Shown: piece after piece, positions 41,820 through 55,731 of the stretch
Layout: every line of letters begins with the position of its first letter
How positions within the stretch are numbered: the first letter of the stretch is position 1
Source: Eledone cirrhosa
Lineage: Eukaryota
Direction of reading: 5' to 3'
Assembly (NCBI GenBank): GCA_964016885.1
Contig: OZ024745.1
Coordinates: 29,822,001 to 29,886,000, forward strand
DNA: 64,000 bases
Made by a program: the position numbers and the translations under genes
Notes under the pieces: generated by a model
What the model was told of the DNA's origin: nothing
Database searches by the model: none
The model's input: the letters and a program-made list of their open reading frames with translations, nothing else

Positions 41820-42172
41820 CTACCAGATTTACCCGGCGTTGCCCGGGGTTTGAAATGCAACAAAGAATAAACAAGAAACAAACGATAATATTAGTGATTT
41901 ATCTTCAAATGAATCTGATGTTTATATTTCTGTCAATAAAGCTGGTTATCTCCCTTACATCAATTTTGCTACCGATAATTTTGATATCGATTTTTTATTG
42001 CTCAACGTGGGTCGATTTGAAAAGTTTTTGTGATGTGACCATCTTAGCGATCTGTGCAACGTGCACAGAAAATTTGGTCAAATTCGGTTGGTAATTGTAA
42101 AAGCCTTAAGTATCCAAAGTTGTACACAGACACACACACATCCTCGCTTTCATATAAATAGAAGATAGAAGA
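41820..42172 (-). mobile_element. Non-autonomous Helitron-like element
   Basis: Similar ends (5' TC, CCCGGGCAACGCCGGG hairpin, terminal GTAG variant); it splits a hammerhead-bearing repeat. Confidence 0.75.
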
Positions 42173-42574
42173 TATTTCAAGGGCACCAAAACACTTTGGT
42201 ACGCTTTCTTCAGATAAAATACAAAGTTTATTTTATAAATAGAGACATACCCAGGAAAATCATACCTTATCAGTTGAATATTCCCTGGATAGTGGAAATG
42301 TATAATGGATTTTTCAAACTTATGGGTGAATATGCAAATGAATATGTAAATAATTGAAAAACAAACGTTAATTTAAACGACTATGGAGAGTTTAGATATA
42401 TAATATATAATAGTAATAATTTATTGTAATAATTTGGTAAAGATCCAAGGTGTAGAGCATTCAGTCCATATGAAGAGTTTTAATACATAAATCTTTTTCA
42501 CATTACGCATTTATTACTTAAATATTATGACAATAAAATCTATTAATAATTATAGCCCGATTATAGTGGGGGAA

Positions 42575-42860
42575 GAAAAAAGAAAATGAAAAGGCAAGAA
42601 GTATCAAGCAACGAAAGAGTGGGAGAGGGGGAAGAACAGTCACTATACCCCGGCTTGAGTGGTGGCACAGCCGCGCCCCGCAGGCAGACAAAACAACAAA
42701 AGCGTTACCGCTGAGAATGACCAGAGACATCCGTTGCAACAGCCACCCTACCTCACAGGGCTTTCTCCGTAAGCAGACCGTCGTCTTTCCGACATTACGG
42801 AGGAAATCAGCAGTGGGAGGAACCAAGGACTCTAGAGGTCTCGACGAAGACAGGTGCAAA
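42575..42860 (-). mobile_element. CRE-like (restriction-like endonuclease) retrotransposon 3' remnant
   Basis: PPTADFLRNVG...PCEVGWLLQRMSLVILSGNAFVVL resembles the CRE C-terminal QRLSxAIQRGNA motif. Confidence 0.65.
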
Positions 42861-43274
42861 GGGGAAATGGTCAGTCAGGCCCCAGTATTTGACTATATTT
42901 CTCTCTCTTCTGCATTGCGGGCAGTGGAGCCCGGGTTGTGGTCAAAGCGACAAGGCTGGAGTCGGAGAACGAGTCACTGTATATGTCGCATCCCCAAATT
43001 AGGGATTTGCCCCCCTCGAAAGAGAAGAAGGCTTGCCGGCTCCAATTATAAAACGAAAAAACACTTCAAGTTGATGAGGTTGAGATCGTTCAATGAAACT
43101 CGAGCCCTTGCTTTTCTCCGTGTTATGTCTTCGTTGTAGTATTTAATTTTATTTAATTTATATATATATATATATATACTTTTTTTTTCCAATGGCACCA
43201 CTCGAATAAGGTAGTTATGGCGCCACTCGAATAAGGTTGTTATTTGACCCATAAATGAGGATGAAAGGTTGAGA

Positions 43275-43540
43275 GTTGTATGAGAGCCTCCCAAAAGTCA
43301 GCTCAAAAGTGACACAGAGGAGGCTGGGGTTGGATGGATGTGCTCACCGACATCCAGAGTTGACACTGCACTCAGTGCTCCTGTGGGAGCCCCTACATGG
43401 ACACACTGGAAGAGGAAGACCAAGGTTAACGTATGTTGATGTCCTAAGGACAGACACTGGTCTGTTGGAGACGCAGGACATGGCGGCGATAATGAGGGAC
43501 AGAGACCGTTGGAGAGAACTTGTCCATGGATCTCGGGAAA
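43275..43540 (+). mobile_element. RTE/RTE-X-like LINE C-terminal fragment
   Basis: RRLGL.G...RHPEL...VLLWEP.HG...RGRPRLTYVD.L..DTGL...MRDRDRWR. Confidence 0.75.
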
Positions 43541-43639
43541 TATATATATGTATGTATATAAAGGGAGAGAGAGAGATAGAGAGAATTTTATTGGTTTATT
43601 AAGTTAATAACGAATTGATTTTATTCAACAAATTTCAAC

Positions 43640-43930
43640 TGAATTATATGTTTACAATGAAAAAAGAAAGAAAGAAAAATATGGAAAATTGGGGAGTAAG
43701 CGGCCGACATTCTAGGCAGTATATCTTAGCTGTAGAAAACAGCCAGTGACACCCACTGCATCATCTACTTCATCTCATGGGGGTTCAGTCCTCCCAAATT
43801 TGCGGTTGAAAACGGCAGTTCGTGGACCGAGAACACCAGAGGTCGGTCAAGACCTGGTATTTATTTGTCTTCCTCTCCTCCATGGGGGGGGGGGGGAGAC
43901 TTCCGTCGGTTCCGGCGACGAGTGTTCCAA
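43640..43930 (-). mobile_element. CRE-like 3' remnant (degenerate)
   Basis: EERKTNKYQVL...TSGVLGPRTA...MQWVSLAV, with frameshifts. Confidence 0.55.
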
Positions 43931-44941
43931 TTGTTCTAATAATGAAACAGCCAGCTCGTGAAACAACCGTGTACCTTATACTTAGTTTGTATTACGGGTA
44001 CAGGTCATTTTCTCCAGCTGAGTCAGCTGGAGAAAATCTGAAATAGAGCGTCTTGCTCAAAGACAGCGCACAACCGAGAATGGAACTCACGATCTTATGT
44101 TTGGAAGCCAAACACCCTACAACTTCACAGTGTGTGTAGGCATACATACATATCTAAATTAAAGACCCCTTTCAGTCACGAATGGCCATGGGATTTGCAC
44201 CTAGAAAGTTCCCCTACGAAGCACAAGTCTAGCAGTCGCCCATGCATACCAATCACCCCTCTCTCTCACCGATGTTGTCCAAGAGAAAGGCAATGGCTGA
44301 TACAGCTTGGCACCAGTGACTTCGCATCATATTTCTACGACTGAATAAACTGGAGCAACGTGAAATAATGTATTATGCTCAAGGACACAACGCATCACCC
44401 GAGAATTGAACTCACATCATCGCGATTGCAAGCCCAACGTTCTAACCACTAAGCCATGCACCTTGTGTGTGTGTGCGAAAAGTCAACAAGGAAAATCAAA
44501 TCGGGAGAACACCATATAATATTAGCTTATGATTTGACATATGCACATGCACACACACACACACACATATATATATGTGTGTGTGTGTGTGAGAATTGTT
44601 TTTCCTTGTTTACTTTATAGATATATAAATGTGTGTATGTACTTGTATATACACACATACTTATATACACTTATATATACTCACATATAAGATAGATGTA
44701 CCCCCCCCCCCCCACACACTCGGTCTTGATGTTTATCGCAAAGTTACGCTGCACCACTCCTCAGCCTCCCCAGCCCTACACACACATACACACACACACA
44801 TATATATATATATACATGTGTGTGTGTGTGTGTGTAAAAGGACATTTCCTCGTTCCTGTATATATTAATATGTCCCTTATACGCTACTTATTTTATACGA
44901 GGGATTTCCTCCTTATTGCTACAGAACTTCCTTCATCCCCT

Positions 44942-44975
<34 letters not shown>

Positions 44976-45204
44976 CCTCTCACTCTTTGTATGTGTGTGT
45001 GTGTGTGTAGATGTGTTAATGGATATGCATGTATGTCAATGTGTGTATGTATGTGTGTGTATGTATGTGAGTGTATATGTGAGTGTATATGCTCTATCTT
45101 CTCTGCTGTTATCTCTACATCTCTTACTTTCCCTCACTCACTGTCTCTATGAATTACATCATTACATAATCTCCCCCTCTCTTTCTTTCATTTCTCTCTC
45201 TCTC

Positions 45205-45259
<55 letters not shown>

Positions 45260-45499
45260 ATGGCTTAATCTCACTTTGTCCTTTTTGTTATATACATATA
45301 TACATATATTTATATATATATTTAAAAGTTAAACAAGGTTCAATGAATACATCAAAGAATGAGTTTTACAATAGATTGGAAGCACTCAACAATGAAAAAG
45401 GTTTTCCTGAGTTATTAATATTAATTCAAAATATTAACAAAATACTACCATGACTGAATCTTAACCATTTACTATGTCAGGGTATGTCATGCATCATCT

Positions 45500-45566
45500 T
45501 ATTTTATCTGATGAGGACGTACTGTTGAACGTAAGTCAGTACCTCTGAAATATGTATAATAAAATA
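45500..45566 (+). ncRNA. Minimal type I hammerhead motif
   Basis: TATTTTAT-CTGATGA-GGACGTACTG..CAGTACCTCT-GAAA-TATGTA-TA-ATAAAATA, inside a short element with an inverted repeat at about 45419-45445 and 45587-45612. Confidence 0.72.
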
Positions 45567-45609
45567 TAATTGATCACAAGAATATCTATTTTGTTAATAT
45601 TTTGAATTA

Positions 45610-45744
<135 letters not shown>

Positions 45745-45873
45745 CGGAATTACTTCATTTATATATATATATATGTTTATATCATCTCTCTATCCCACCC
45801 TCCCATTGTCTATACATTACATCACATAATCCCCCTCTTCACTTTCTCTCTCTCTCTCTTACACTCTTTCTCT

Positions 45874-45912
<39 letters not shown>

Positions 45913-46053
45913 TATATTTGCCCTTCGTGCTCCGCCTGGTTCTTCTCCTCTCTACCTTGTATTGTCTTTACATATTATCTCCCTCTCCTCATCTCTCTCT
46001 CACAAGTTACTTTTACAAACGTTTATCGCTCCTTATCCTTCACTCTCTTTCAC

Positions 46054-46089
<36 letters not shown>

Positions 46090-46208
46090 GGGGGGGGTAA
46101 ATGTGTGTGTGTATATGTATATATAGATATATGTGTGTGTGTATTTTCTCCGTCTATCTCTCTGTATATCCTTACGTACATAAAGAGAATGCATAAAAAA
46201 TATTAAAA

Positions 46209-46209
<1 letters not shown>

Positions 46210-46246
<37 letters not shown>

Positions 46247-46247
46247 A

Positions 46248-46290
<43 letters not shown>

Positions 46291-46370
46291 TGTTGTTGTT
46301 GTTGTGGTAGCCATGTTGGTAGTAGTGGTAGTAGTAGCGGTGCTGGTGGTAATAGTGGTAGTAGTATTAG
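46210..46370. repeat. (TAG)n microsatellite
   Basis: Direct reading. Confidence 0.95.
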
Positions 46371-46533
46371 GAGGTGGAAATGGAGGATGAAACAGGTGTA
46401 AAGAAAGAGATAAATAAATATATAGAGAGAGGGAACAAGAAAGAAATCTCTCTCTCTATATATATATATAGAGAGAGAGAGTGAACAAAACAGACACACA
46501 CACATACATACACACACACTGACATATATACAG

Positions 46534-46571
<38 letters not shown>

Positions 46572-46863
46572 TATAAACAAAGAGTGAGAAAGGGGGGGGG
46601 GAAGAAAGGGAGAGATGTAGAGATAGATAGATAGAGAGAGAGGGAGAGAGTAAAGGGGAGGAAAGAACGGTATGCAAGTTGTCTCATATTTCAACAACCA
46701 AAACTCATCTGACAGCGAGTGTCAGTTCGGAGTTCATTCGGTGTTCGATTCCTAGCAGCATCCCATTTAGTTCACACCCGTATATACTTGTACTATACAC
46801 GTAGTAGAAAGTTATAGATACATACATACTACGTTGCACATACATAAACGTATATCTCTCACT

Positions 46864-46899
<36 letters not shown>

Positions 46900-47439
46900 T
46901 TATTTATATATACACACCTGAAGTATTTATATACACCTGACGATAGGCAACATCGTCGTTTAATAACTACATCAACATCAACAAGTGTAGTAACTTCGAA
47001 CCAAGATGCCTGTAAGTACACATAAATATACTTTTTCCCTTTCTTTCTCTCCTTCAATGTATGTATGTATGTATGTATGTATGTATGTATGTATGTATGT
47101 ATGTATGTATGTATGTATGTATGTATGTATTTATCCAAATAAAGAAAGATATCTATGTATTTATCCATGTATATATATATATAGATATAGATATATATAT
47201 ATACTAGTAACAAAGGTATGCCAGTGATTACACGGCCAGGAGTTTCGTGTTTATTTCCAGTGGTTTTTTAGGGGGGGGGGGGGGTCTTTTCCTGGCGTTT
47301 GTCACTGGTGTAGATTTGCTGCCATATATATACAATGGCATATATATATATATATATATATGTTCATATACTGAGTTTTGTTTCTCCCGCTTGCACTGCC
47401 AGACCTAAACACACACACACACACACACACACATACATA

Positions 47440-47585
<146 letters not shown>

Positions 47586-47593
47586 CATACATA

Positions 47594-47696
47594 CATGGTG
47601 TCCCCCAAAATGTATTATACACACTTTGATTACCTGGACAAGCAATATTTATTAAAATGCTGTTGAAGTGTGTATACATTTTTTGGGACACCCTCT
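47594..47696. mobile_element. Tc1/mariner-type MITE
   Basis: GGTGTCCC..AAAATGTAT(T)ATACACACTT and AAGTGTGTATACATTTTTTGGGACACC inverted ends. Confidence 0.7.
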
Positions 47697-47799
47697 TTAT
47701 ACACATACACACACCTGTGTATATTTCTAACCATCTATTCATTCATCACATTGCTTCCGTATGTCTGTGTACGACTATATTTCATAGTAAATTATTCAA

Positions 47800-47839
<40 letters not shown>

Positions 47840-48067
47840 GTCCCAGATTCATTGTGAGCATCCCCTCCACTTTCTTCTTTTCTGACAAATCAATTATTCT
47901 TGCCTAGATTTCATGGCTTTTTATTTATGAAATGTATACATATGACGTATGGGTTCTATGTACGCGTGAGAGTGTGCATGTGTTGTTTGTGTGTATGTAT
48001 ATACAGATATAGTGTTATATCAGGCTTGTTTATATATTTGTATATCATATATATGTGTGTTTGTATC

Positions 48068-48150
<83 letters not shown>

Positions 48151-48311
48151 TGCGCGTGAGTGCGTACATGTGTTGTTTATGTGTGTGTGTATATAGTGTT
48201 ATGTAACGCTTGTTTATATTTGTATATCATATATCGGTATATATATATGTGTGTGTGTATGTATAAACTCGATTGTATTGGTATATATATGTAAGCATGA
48301 CGGTATTGTTA

Positions 48312-48384
<73 letters not shown>

Positions 48385-49270
48385 TTATTACCAAGGTGTG
48401 TCTGTATAGATCATGTGTTCGGTCTGCTCTTTTATACTCCGCCGAAACCTGGACGCTATTCCGCAAACACACCAAATTGCTTGAGCGTTTTCAGCAGAAA
48501 ACATCAAGTGGCAAGACAGAACCCCTGGCATCAATGTCCTTATCAAAGCAGAATGTCCAAGAATTGAGTTCCAAGTAACATCTCGAATGCGCTGGACAGG
48601 ACATATCGTCCGCATGAAAGAAAGCAGGATCCCGAAGCAACTGTTTTACGGTGAGCTCCATCTTGGAAAAGGGCCTCAACACAAACCGAAAATGAGGTTC
48701 AAGGACAGCAGCAAGAGCAACCTCAAAGAGCTGGCATTTGATATAGACAACTGGGAGGAGATAGCTCTAAATAGGGCTAAGTGGAGAAAGCGCATAAAGG
48801 GCAGTTGCAAAACTTCTGAGGAATGTCGTCTAGAACATAGACAACTGAAGCTTCAGCTCCGGAAGGGCTGTGCTCATTGTCTTGATGAAATCATCAGTAG
48901 TTGGACATGCAATTTCTGTCAGCGTGTACTCCTTTCAAAGGTTGATTATGTTAATCACCTGAAGTTACATGAAAGGATAACCACCCGCAACACCACTCAA
49001 CAAAGACCTGGCGAAACAACGTGCGTGATATGCAGCAAAGTGTATAGAACTAGTTCCAGACTAAAAAAACACATGGTGGTACATAAAGATTGTGTCTCAC
49101 ATGGTGACCCCACCGGTCCTGTGCAAAGCACAACTCTCTTCTGTCACCTGTGTCGTCAACCATTCAGATCTACAGCTGGCCTATAAAGTCATCTACTAAG
49201 TCATTGACGCAGAAGGGATGATAACGAAGAATCAATAAGAGACGGCAATCCTCTGTGAAGACGCTGCAAT
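48385..49270 (+). mobile_element. RTE/BovB-like LINE 3' fragment with three C-terminal C2H2-like zinc fingers
   Basis: LLYSAETWTL, RWTGHIVRMKESRIPKQLFYGEL, then CNFC..HLKLH, CVIC..HMVVH and CHLC..(stop)SHLLSH. Confidence 0.82.
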
Positions 49271-49677
49271 CCTCATGTTTTATTATACCATTTTGCCTTT
49301 TTGTGTCTAATGCATCCTATATTTCAGACGACAGATTGTGATTAAGCGATATTTGGCTGTTATTTCTTGCGAGATAAGCAACCACGTAAGGACTGCCTCA
49401 TTACCTCGCATGTTTGTTATATCAGATTGTAACTATGTATGTATGTATGTATGTATGTATGTATGTATGTATGTATGTATGTATGTATGTATGTATGTAT
49501 GTATGTAGGTTGGTAGGTAGGTAGGTAGGTAGGTATGCATGTATGTAGGTAGGTGTGCATGCATACATATATGTGTTTATGTATGTATTTATGTATCTAT
49601 GCATGCATGTATGTATGTATGTATGTATGTATGTATGTATGTATGTATGTATGTATGTATGTATGTATGTATGTGTG

Positions 49678-49747
<70 letters not shown>

Positions 49748-49748
<1 letters not shown>

Positions 49749-50750
49749 TGTAGTTTAATTTGGTAAAGAATATCCAAAGTTAGAAAAGAATTCAATCCTT
49801 GGAACAACTTTTAGTACACAGATATTTATTACACTATGCTGTCATTTTAGGTACACATGTTTCTTTAGCTGCCTCGTTTAGACATTTCTCAACCAGGCAG
49901 CTTATTCATGAGCCTTTATTGATAACAGTTTGTAATGGTTGTATTCTTTCCGTTCTTGTCTAAAAGAATTCCAAATATTGAAGTTGAAAGTGTAATAAAT
50001 ATAAAGAGAGTGATGATTAGATAGACAGTGGTAAAAGAAAGGTAAGGGCGTAATTTGTTAAATAAAAAGATAGTCTATAAAAATATTATGCTATGAGAAA
50101 ATATAAGGAGCTGAATTGTAGAGTCCAAATGGAATTGACTAAGTAGAATATCAATGAGTTTGGAAGAGGGGGGGGGTCTATGTTGAAGTGGACATGTGAT
50201 ATCAGTGGTCAGTGAGTGGGATCCGTGGTATTTTTATGGATTTTTTTTAATTTGGCAATGGCAGATTTTTCCAATTCTTTAAGACGCATTTGGGGCATGG
50301 TCGCAGCAATTGAAGAAATCCGATCTCATATTTAGATAGTTGGTGGAGTTGTGTGCATTTTTTAAGAATGTTCCATCATTTCACCGTACACATTTGGCAT
50401 GGCCTCCAGTCATTTATATATGGCTGGGTATCTTTCAAGAATCCTCCATTTGATGGAGAAATTAGCGCTACTGTTGTTAAGTGTTCACATGACCTAGAAA
50501 AGTTATATGGTTTACACCCGTTTCTTCTTAAATGCTAAGACCAATGTAGGAAAGAAACTTTTAGTTCTCATTTCCCTATAGGCCATAAATACAGATAGAT
50601 TTGTTCAAGATATACAATCAAAATTGGCTACTCCTGTGCCAGGAATGTAAACAAGCTTACATCACCAACAAATCCATAAGATCCCCCACACTAGGTTGCT
50701 CATATAGAAAGCCAGAAGTATATAGACCAAGCTTGTAATGTGACTACCGT
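49748..50750. mobile_element. Degenerate Naiad-type PLE with internal inversion
   Basis: Minus 50290-50490 gives FSIKWRIL..PYIN...CQMC...LNMRSDFFNCCDH. Plus 50495-50690 gives KVIWF.P...KTNVGKK...HFPIGHKY...TIKIGYSC. A degenerate hammerhead lies on the minus strand near 49840-49918. Confidence 0.72.
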
Positions 50751-51395
50751 GATATATGAGGCTGAGGTCACCTTGACCCAACCAAACCAACAACGGGAAG
50801 TCAGAACCTATCTTTGATTAACATAACCTGCAAATGGCTGAATATTCTACAAACACGTTTATTCTTAACGTAATTTCAGGGAGATTCAGCAGGGTGCAAT
50901 ACAAGGCAAGACTTGCCATTTGAATAACAAGCACAAAGCACAGTCGATATTGTGTTTATTGTGTAAGTGGCTAAGTATTTCATTGACAGATACACCCATA
51001 ACATAATTCTTAGGTAGATTTAGTATAACACAGTGTGTGACAAGGCTGCCCTTTGGGTTAGAAGTACAAATATTATTTCCAGCTGATTAGACTGGAGCAA
51101 TGTGAAATAAAATATCTTGTTCAAGAATGCAACGTACTGCCTGGCTTGTGAGCCACTAAGCCATGAGCTTTCACCCTCATCCAATTATTAAACAAAATAA
51201 GAACATGTTTCTGGCACCAATGGAAGGCGGGAGCACCATAAAATTGTTGCTTTTCCCCACTCGGTGCCAAATTAATGGTAGAATGAATGGTGAAACTCAG
51301 CTAGACATCCACAGAAACTTTATATATCGTTATCATCATCAGTTTTACGTACGCTTTTCCATACTGACATGGATTGAGCCCATATCTATCTATCC

Positions 51396-51430
<35 letters not shown>

Positions 51431-51431
51431 C

Positions 51432-51464
<33 letters not shown>

Positions 51465-51479
51465 CATCCATCTGTGATA

Positions 51480-51562
51480 ACATTTTACGTTTTTATTGTA
51501 TGTAAACTTCCCCCTTTGTATTTGTCCCCTTCTTTTGTGCCCCTGTGGCTAATAAAGAAATA
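51480..51562 (+). mobile_element. Short 3' end of a related Tx1 family
   Basis: ttgtccccttcttttgtgcccctgtggctAATAAAgaaa resembles 6005-6045; (TATC)n lies upstream and tatctatc downstream. Confidence 0.65.
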
Positions 51563-51603
51563 TATCTATCTACATTTGTCAGTGTGTCAATAGATAGATA
51601 GAT

Positions 51604-52790
51604 TGCTTTATTTGCCACAAGGGCGTACAAAAATGGAACATTACAAGACGTGACGGCGGGGGTTTTAAATAAAACATCTTTAACAATAATTGTTTCTACT
51701 TTTGGCACAAGGCCAGCAATTATCCCGGTGCATTACTGGTACTTTATTTTATCGACCCCGTAAGGATGAAAGGAAAAGTTAACCTCGGCGGGATTTGAAC
51801 TCAGAATGGCAAGGGCCGTAACTCTATGCATCAAAGCATGGCGTCCAACCCTCTACCGATACTGCCAATTCACACAATAATGGATGACAAACTATATATA
51901 AAATAAAAATAAGACAATCGAAATCCCCAATAGGGGGAAACGTTACAGCGGGGTTGTTTTACACCCCGTGGAGAGAACAACCCTCAACACCAGGAGCACG
52001 TTTTGTAGGTGTTCCCGTCTTCCCTCTGTTTGTCTTCCTCAACCTATAGGTTTATATACACAGAAGGCCTATTCACTCAGGCCATTTTCGCCACATTCAC
52101 CCACCTTTCAGCGAATTTACTAGGGTATAACACCTCTCTCTCTCCACTCTCACCTTCCTTCTGAAGTGGTACTTAAAGAAGGGGATGAGTTGTTGTCCAG
52201 AGAGAAAGGTGTTTGCCCTCAGTCCTTTTAACTTCGTCCACCATATTACCTCTTTCGCCATAGCCACCAGACAGAGCAAAACCACCTTTCCTTCATTCTT
52301 AAATGAAGGCCGCGAAGTGATCCTCACGATGGACTCGGCTGACAACTGGATGCGTCCCACACGTGACAGTAGCTGTTCGACATAATTCCACAAGTCGGTC
52401 ACCCCTGGGCACTGAACAATTGCATGCAGGACGGTTTCGATGTCCTGCTCGCATCTTGGACGGGTCTTTTTGGCAGGATCTCTGCCAAGGCGTCCGTGCC
52501 TGTAGATTTTGTTTCGAACTGGTAGAGCTCCTCGGTAGCACTGCCAGGCCAGAGACCTCTGGAAGTTATCCATAGGCCCTGAACGGAAAGTCCTCCCGAA
52601 CAGACTGGTCAGTTTGTCCTCCTTGATGCCTAGAGTTTCCCCGAGAACGTCGTCGCACTTATTCTCCACTAATCCCCTATAGAATGTCGAAGTGGAGTCT
52701 CCGCTGATTGCCGTTTCCGCTTGGTATAGGGCTGTGAGCGCCTGAAGGCACTCGAGGTGCCAGGCGTCCATTTTCGGTCTTCGCTTGAAC
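51604..52790 (-). mobile_element. 5'-truncated copy of the same Tx1 family, with a SINE in its 3' UTR
   Basis: ORF 52097-52933 is nearly identical to ORF 5167-5790 (DNFQRSLAWQCYR.ALPVR). The 3' UTR matches 5790-6045, and (GATA)n lies on both sides. Confidence 0.92.
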
Positions 52791-52874
52791 AAGATAGATA
52801 GATAGATTTTTGTTGGATTAAATTCTAAATTGCCAAGAATTATCGGCAAATTATTTATCCCCCCCCCCCCCACA

Positions 52875-53110
52875 CTTTGCTGCGTTCGAGACGATTGGAA
52901 GAGCTGGTCTGCTGACAATGACATTTTTGTCATTATTGGCAGTTTGCCTTAGCGGCGAATCAGGTGATGCCCGTGAGGGTGCTTGGTTATGCCAGTGTCT
53001 TAGCCTCGCTATCACCTGCAGCAATATCATGAGTGTCATGGTTTGCCTCAAACGTTATGAGAGGGAATCTCCAGTGCTGCTTGTTGTGGTATGATTGAGT
53101 GTACGTGTCT
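52875..53110 (+). mobile_element. CRE-like 3' remnant
   Basis: Translates to AFETIGRAGLLTMTFLSLLAVCLSGESGDAREGAWLCQCLSLAITCSNIMSV. Confidence 0.65.
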
Positions 53111-54044
53111 TCTCATTTTACACACACACACACATATATTTGCACTGTAATGCAATATGGGTTGCAACTATTTGCACTATAATGCAATATAGATTCTAGC
53201 TGTAATTCAAAAGGCCAGCCTTGTTGCACATTATGTCATGCTGAATCTCCCTGAGAACCGCATTTAGATTACACGTACCTGTGGAATACTCAGCCACTTA
53301 CACTATAACACCTGCAACCCTCATCACCTAAACCGACGGAGGCCCAACACATAGACCACACTCTACTACCTTATGAAAATGTATTGAGGCTTTTTTACGC
53401 GTTTGTGGTTGGTCTAAAGAATTCTCAAATACACACACAACCCATACATACTCAAATATATACGCACACTCATACACACACACTCACATACACCCACTCG
53501 AATACAAACATACACTGAAACACTAGAAAGCTGAAACACAAACAAACAAACACACACACACACACACACTGAAACACTAGAAGGCTTGAATACAAACATC
53601 TTGAAGCACAGAAACACACACTGAGACACAAGCACGTACAAACATAAACACACAGGCATGTGTGTGTGTGTGTGTGTTTGTGTGTGAAATTATACACGCA
53701 ATGTAAGTCGTCATCATCATCATTATCATCATCACAATATTCGTTGTCGTCATAGGTCCATTTTTTACCCTTGCATGGGTTGGACGGGTCTTTTTCAGCT
53801 CAGCTTCTCTCCACTTGTTGCTGACCTTTGTCATCTCCTGTGAGCTTCAGATCACATTTCACAACCTCTGCCCAGGTGTATGTGTGTGTAAGTGTGTATG
53901 TATTTGTGTATGTGTGTATGTTTGTATGTATATACCCACTCAGATTCTGTAAGAATGTGTGTGTTTATATATAAATATGTATGTATATATAAATTATGTT
54001 TGCGTCAGTGTCAGAATATATGTATACATACATACATACATACA

Positions 54045-54124
<80 letters not shown>

Positions 54125-54246
54125 GTATGTGTATGCTTGTCAGTTTGTGTGTTCGTGTTTGTGATTGTGTATGTTTGTTTGTGTGGGTGTGTGGTGTGTG
54201 TGTTTGTGTATGTAAATATATATAGATACTTGAACAACCCCGCCCA

Positions 54247-54277
<31 letters not shown>

Positions 54278-54437
54278 GGCGCGCACACACACAGGCACAC
54301 AGAGACAGAAATCTTCGCTCTGAAAATAGTTTGTCTATACATTGGTCCAAAAAAGGAGGTTTGAAATGGAACTTGTTAGTTGCTGGAGATATAATGTTTT
54401 TTGTCACTCTCTCTCTCTCTATCTATCTATCTATGTA

Positions 54438-54501
<64 letters not shown>

Positions 54502-54734
54502 TAGCTCTCACACTCTTTTGATCTATGTAGCTATCTCTCTCTTTCTCTAGCTCTATTTCTAGTTCTAACTCAGTGTGTTTGGCCGTCTCTCAGGTTGTAT
54601 GTGTGTGTGTGTGTATTTATTTTATTTAATCCACTTAAACGTCCGTATAGAGCTAGTAAGTCGCGTCAGCCTAGGGGAGGTATCTAGTTCCCCGTACAGT
54701 TATAATTATTTATGGAATATATCATGTAAATACA

Positions 54735-55100
54735 GTTTAATAGAAAAAGAAAAAAGAGCATTCAGATTGAGAAGAAAGAGTAGAATGTAAAATAGGAAAA
54801 TATAAAGAAAAAAGAAAATGGGAAGAGGGAGGGAATGGTAAGGACTCTAGTGTCACAGAAGAATAAGGAGGGGGTGATTGGATTGTGGGCCAGGGTGCGA
54901 CGGTAAAGAGGCTGCAGCCTGCGGACACGACCGCAAAAGCATTCCCGCGGACAATGGCCAGTGACACTCGCTGCAACAGCCACCCCACCTCGCAAGGCTC
55001 CCTCCTTAGATGGGGCCGCCGACGTTCCGATCTTGTGTAGGTGCTCGACTGTCCGGGGGTCCAAGTACGTCTGAGGTCACGACAGCGACAGGTGCAGTAC
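54735..55100 (-). mobile_element. CRE-like 3' remnant
   Basis: PVAVVTSDVLGP/RTVEHLHKIG and GWLLQRVSLAIVRGNAFAVV; nucleotide similarity to 42575-42860. Confidence 0.7.
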
Positions 55101-55688
55101 CGGAGGGTGGGGGTGGCCGAAGGTTAAGAAACAAAAACAAGATAGACAAATATAAAAGAAACGAAAGAGGATAATGAGAGAAAAAAGAAGCATAAATCAG
55201 AAAAAGGTGAAAAACAAGAACTATAAAGCAGCTAAAAGTTCCTGTTGTTGAATCTTATTGTAGCCTCCATGGATGGCAATGTTTCTGTGTATGTGTGTAT
55301 ATTATATATCTATATATATATATATATATCAGTGTGTGTTTGTGTGTCTAGTTGTATATGTACATGTGTGTGTGAGTGTATATCTATGTAAGTGTACATA
55401 TATATATGTGTGTGTGTGTGTATTATTAATAATTGTTTCTACTTTTTGGCACAAGGCAAGCAATTACCCAGTGCATTACTGGTACTTTATTTTATCGACC
55501 CCGTAAGGATGAAAGGCAAAGTTAACCTTGGCGGGATTTGAACTCAGAATGGCAAGGGCCGTAACTCTATGCGTCAAAGCATGGCATAAATTCTCAACAC
55601 AGTTGCTTGCTACCTAAAGTTTCAAAGCTTACTCTAGCATAGGTCATGAAGACACTACCCATGCTAGTTATTGGCTATCGTTCAGGCG

Positions 55689-55731
<43 letters not shown>

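Noticed and set aside
46690-47017. Possible first exon ending ATGCCT/gtaagt
   Set aside because: Only a donor-like motif; no downstream partner exon identified.
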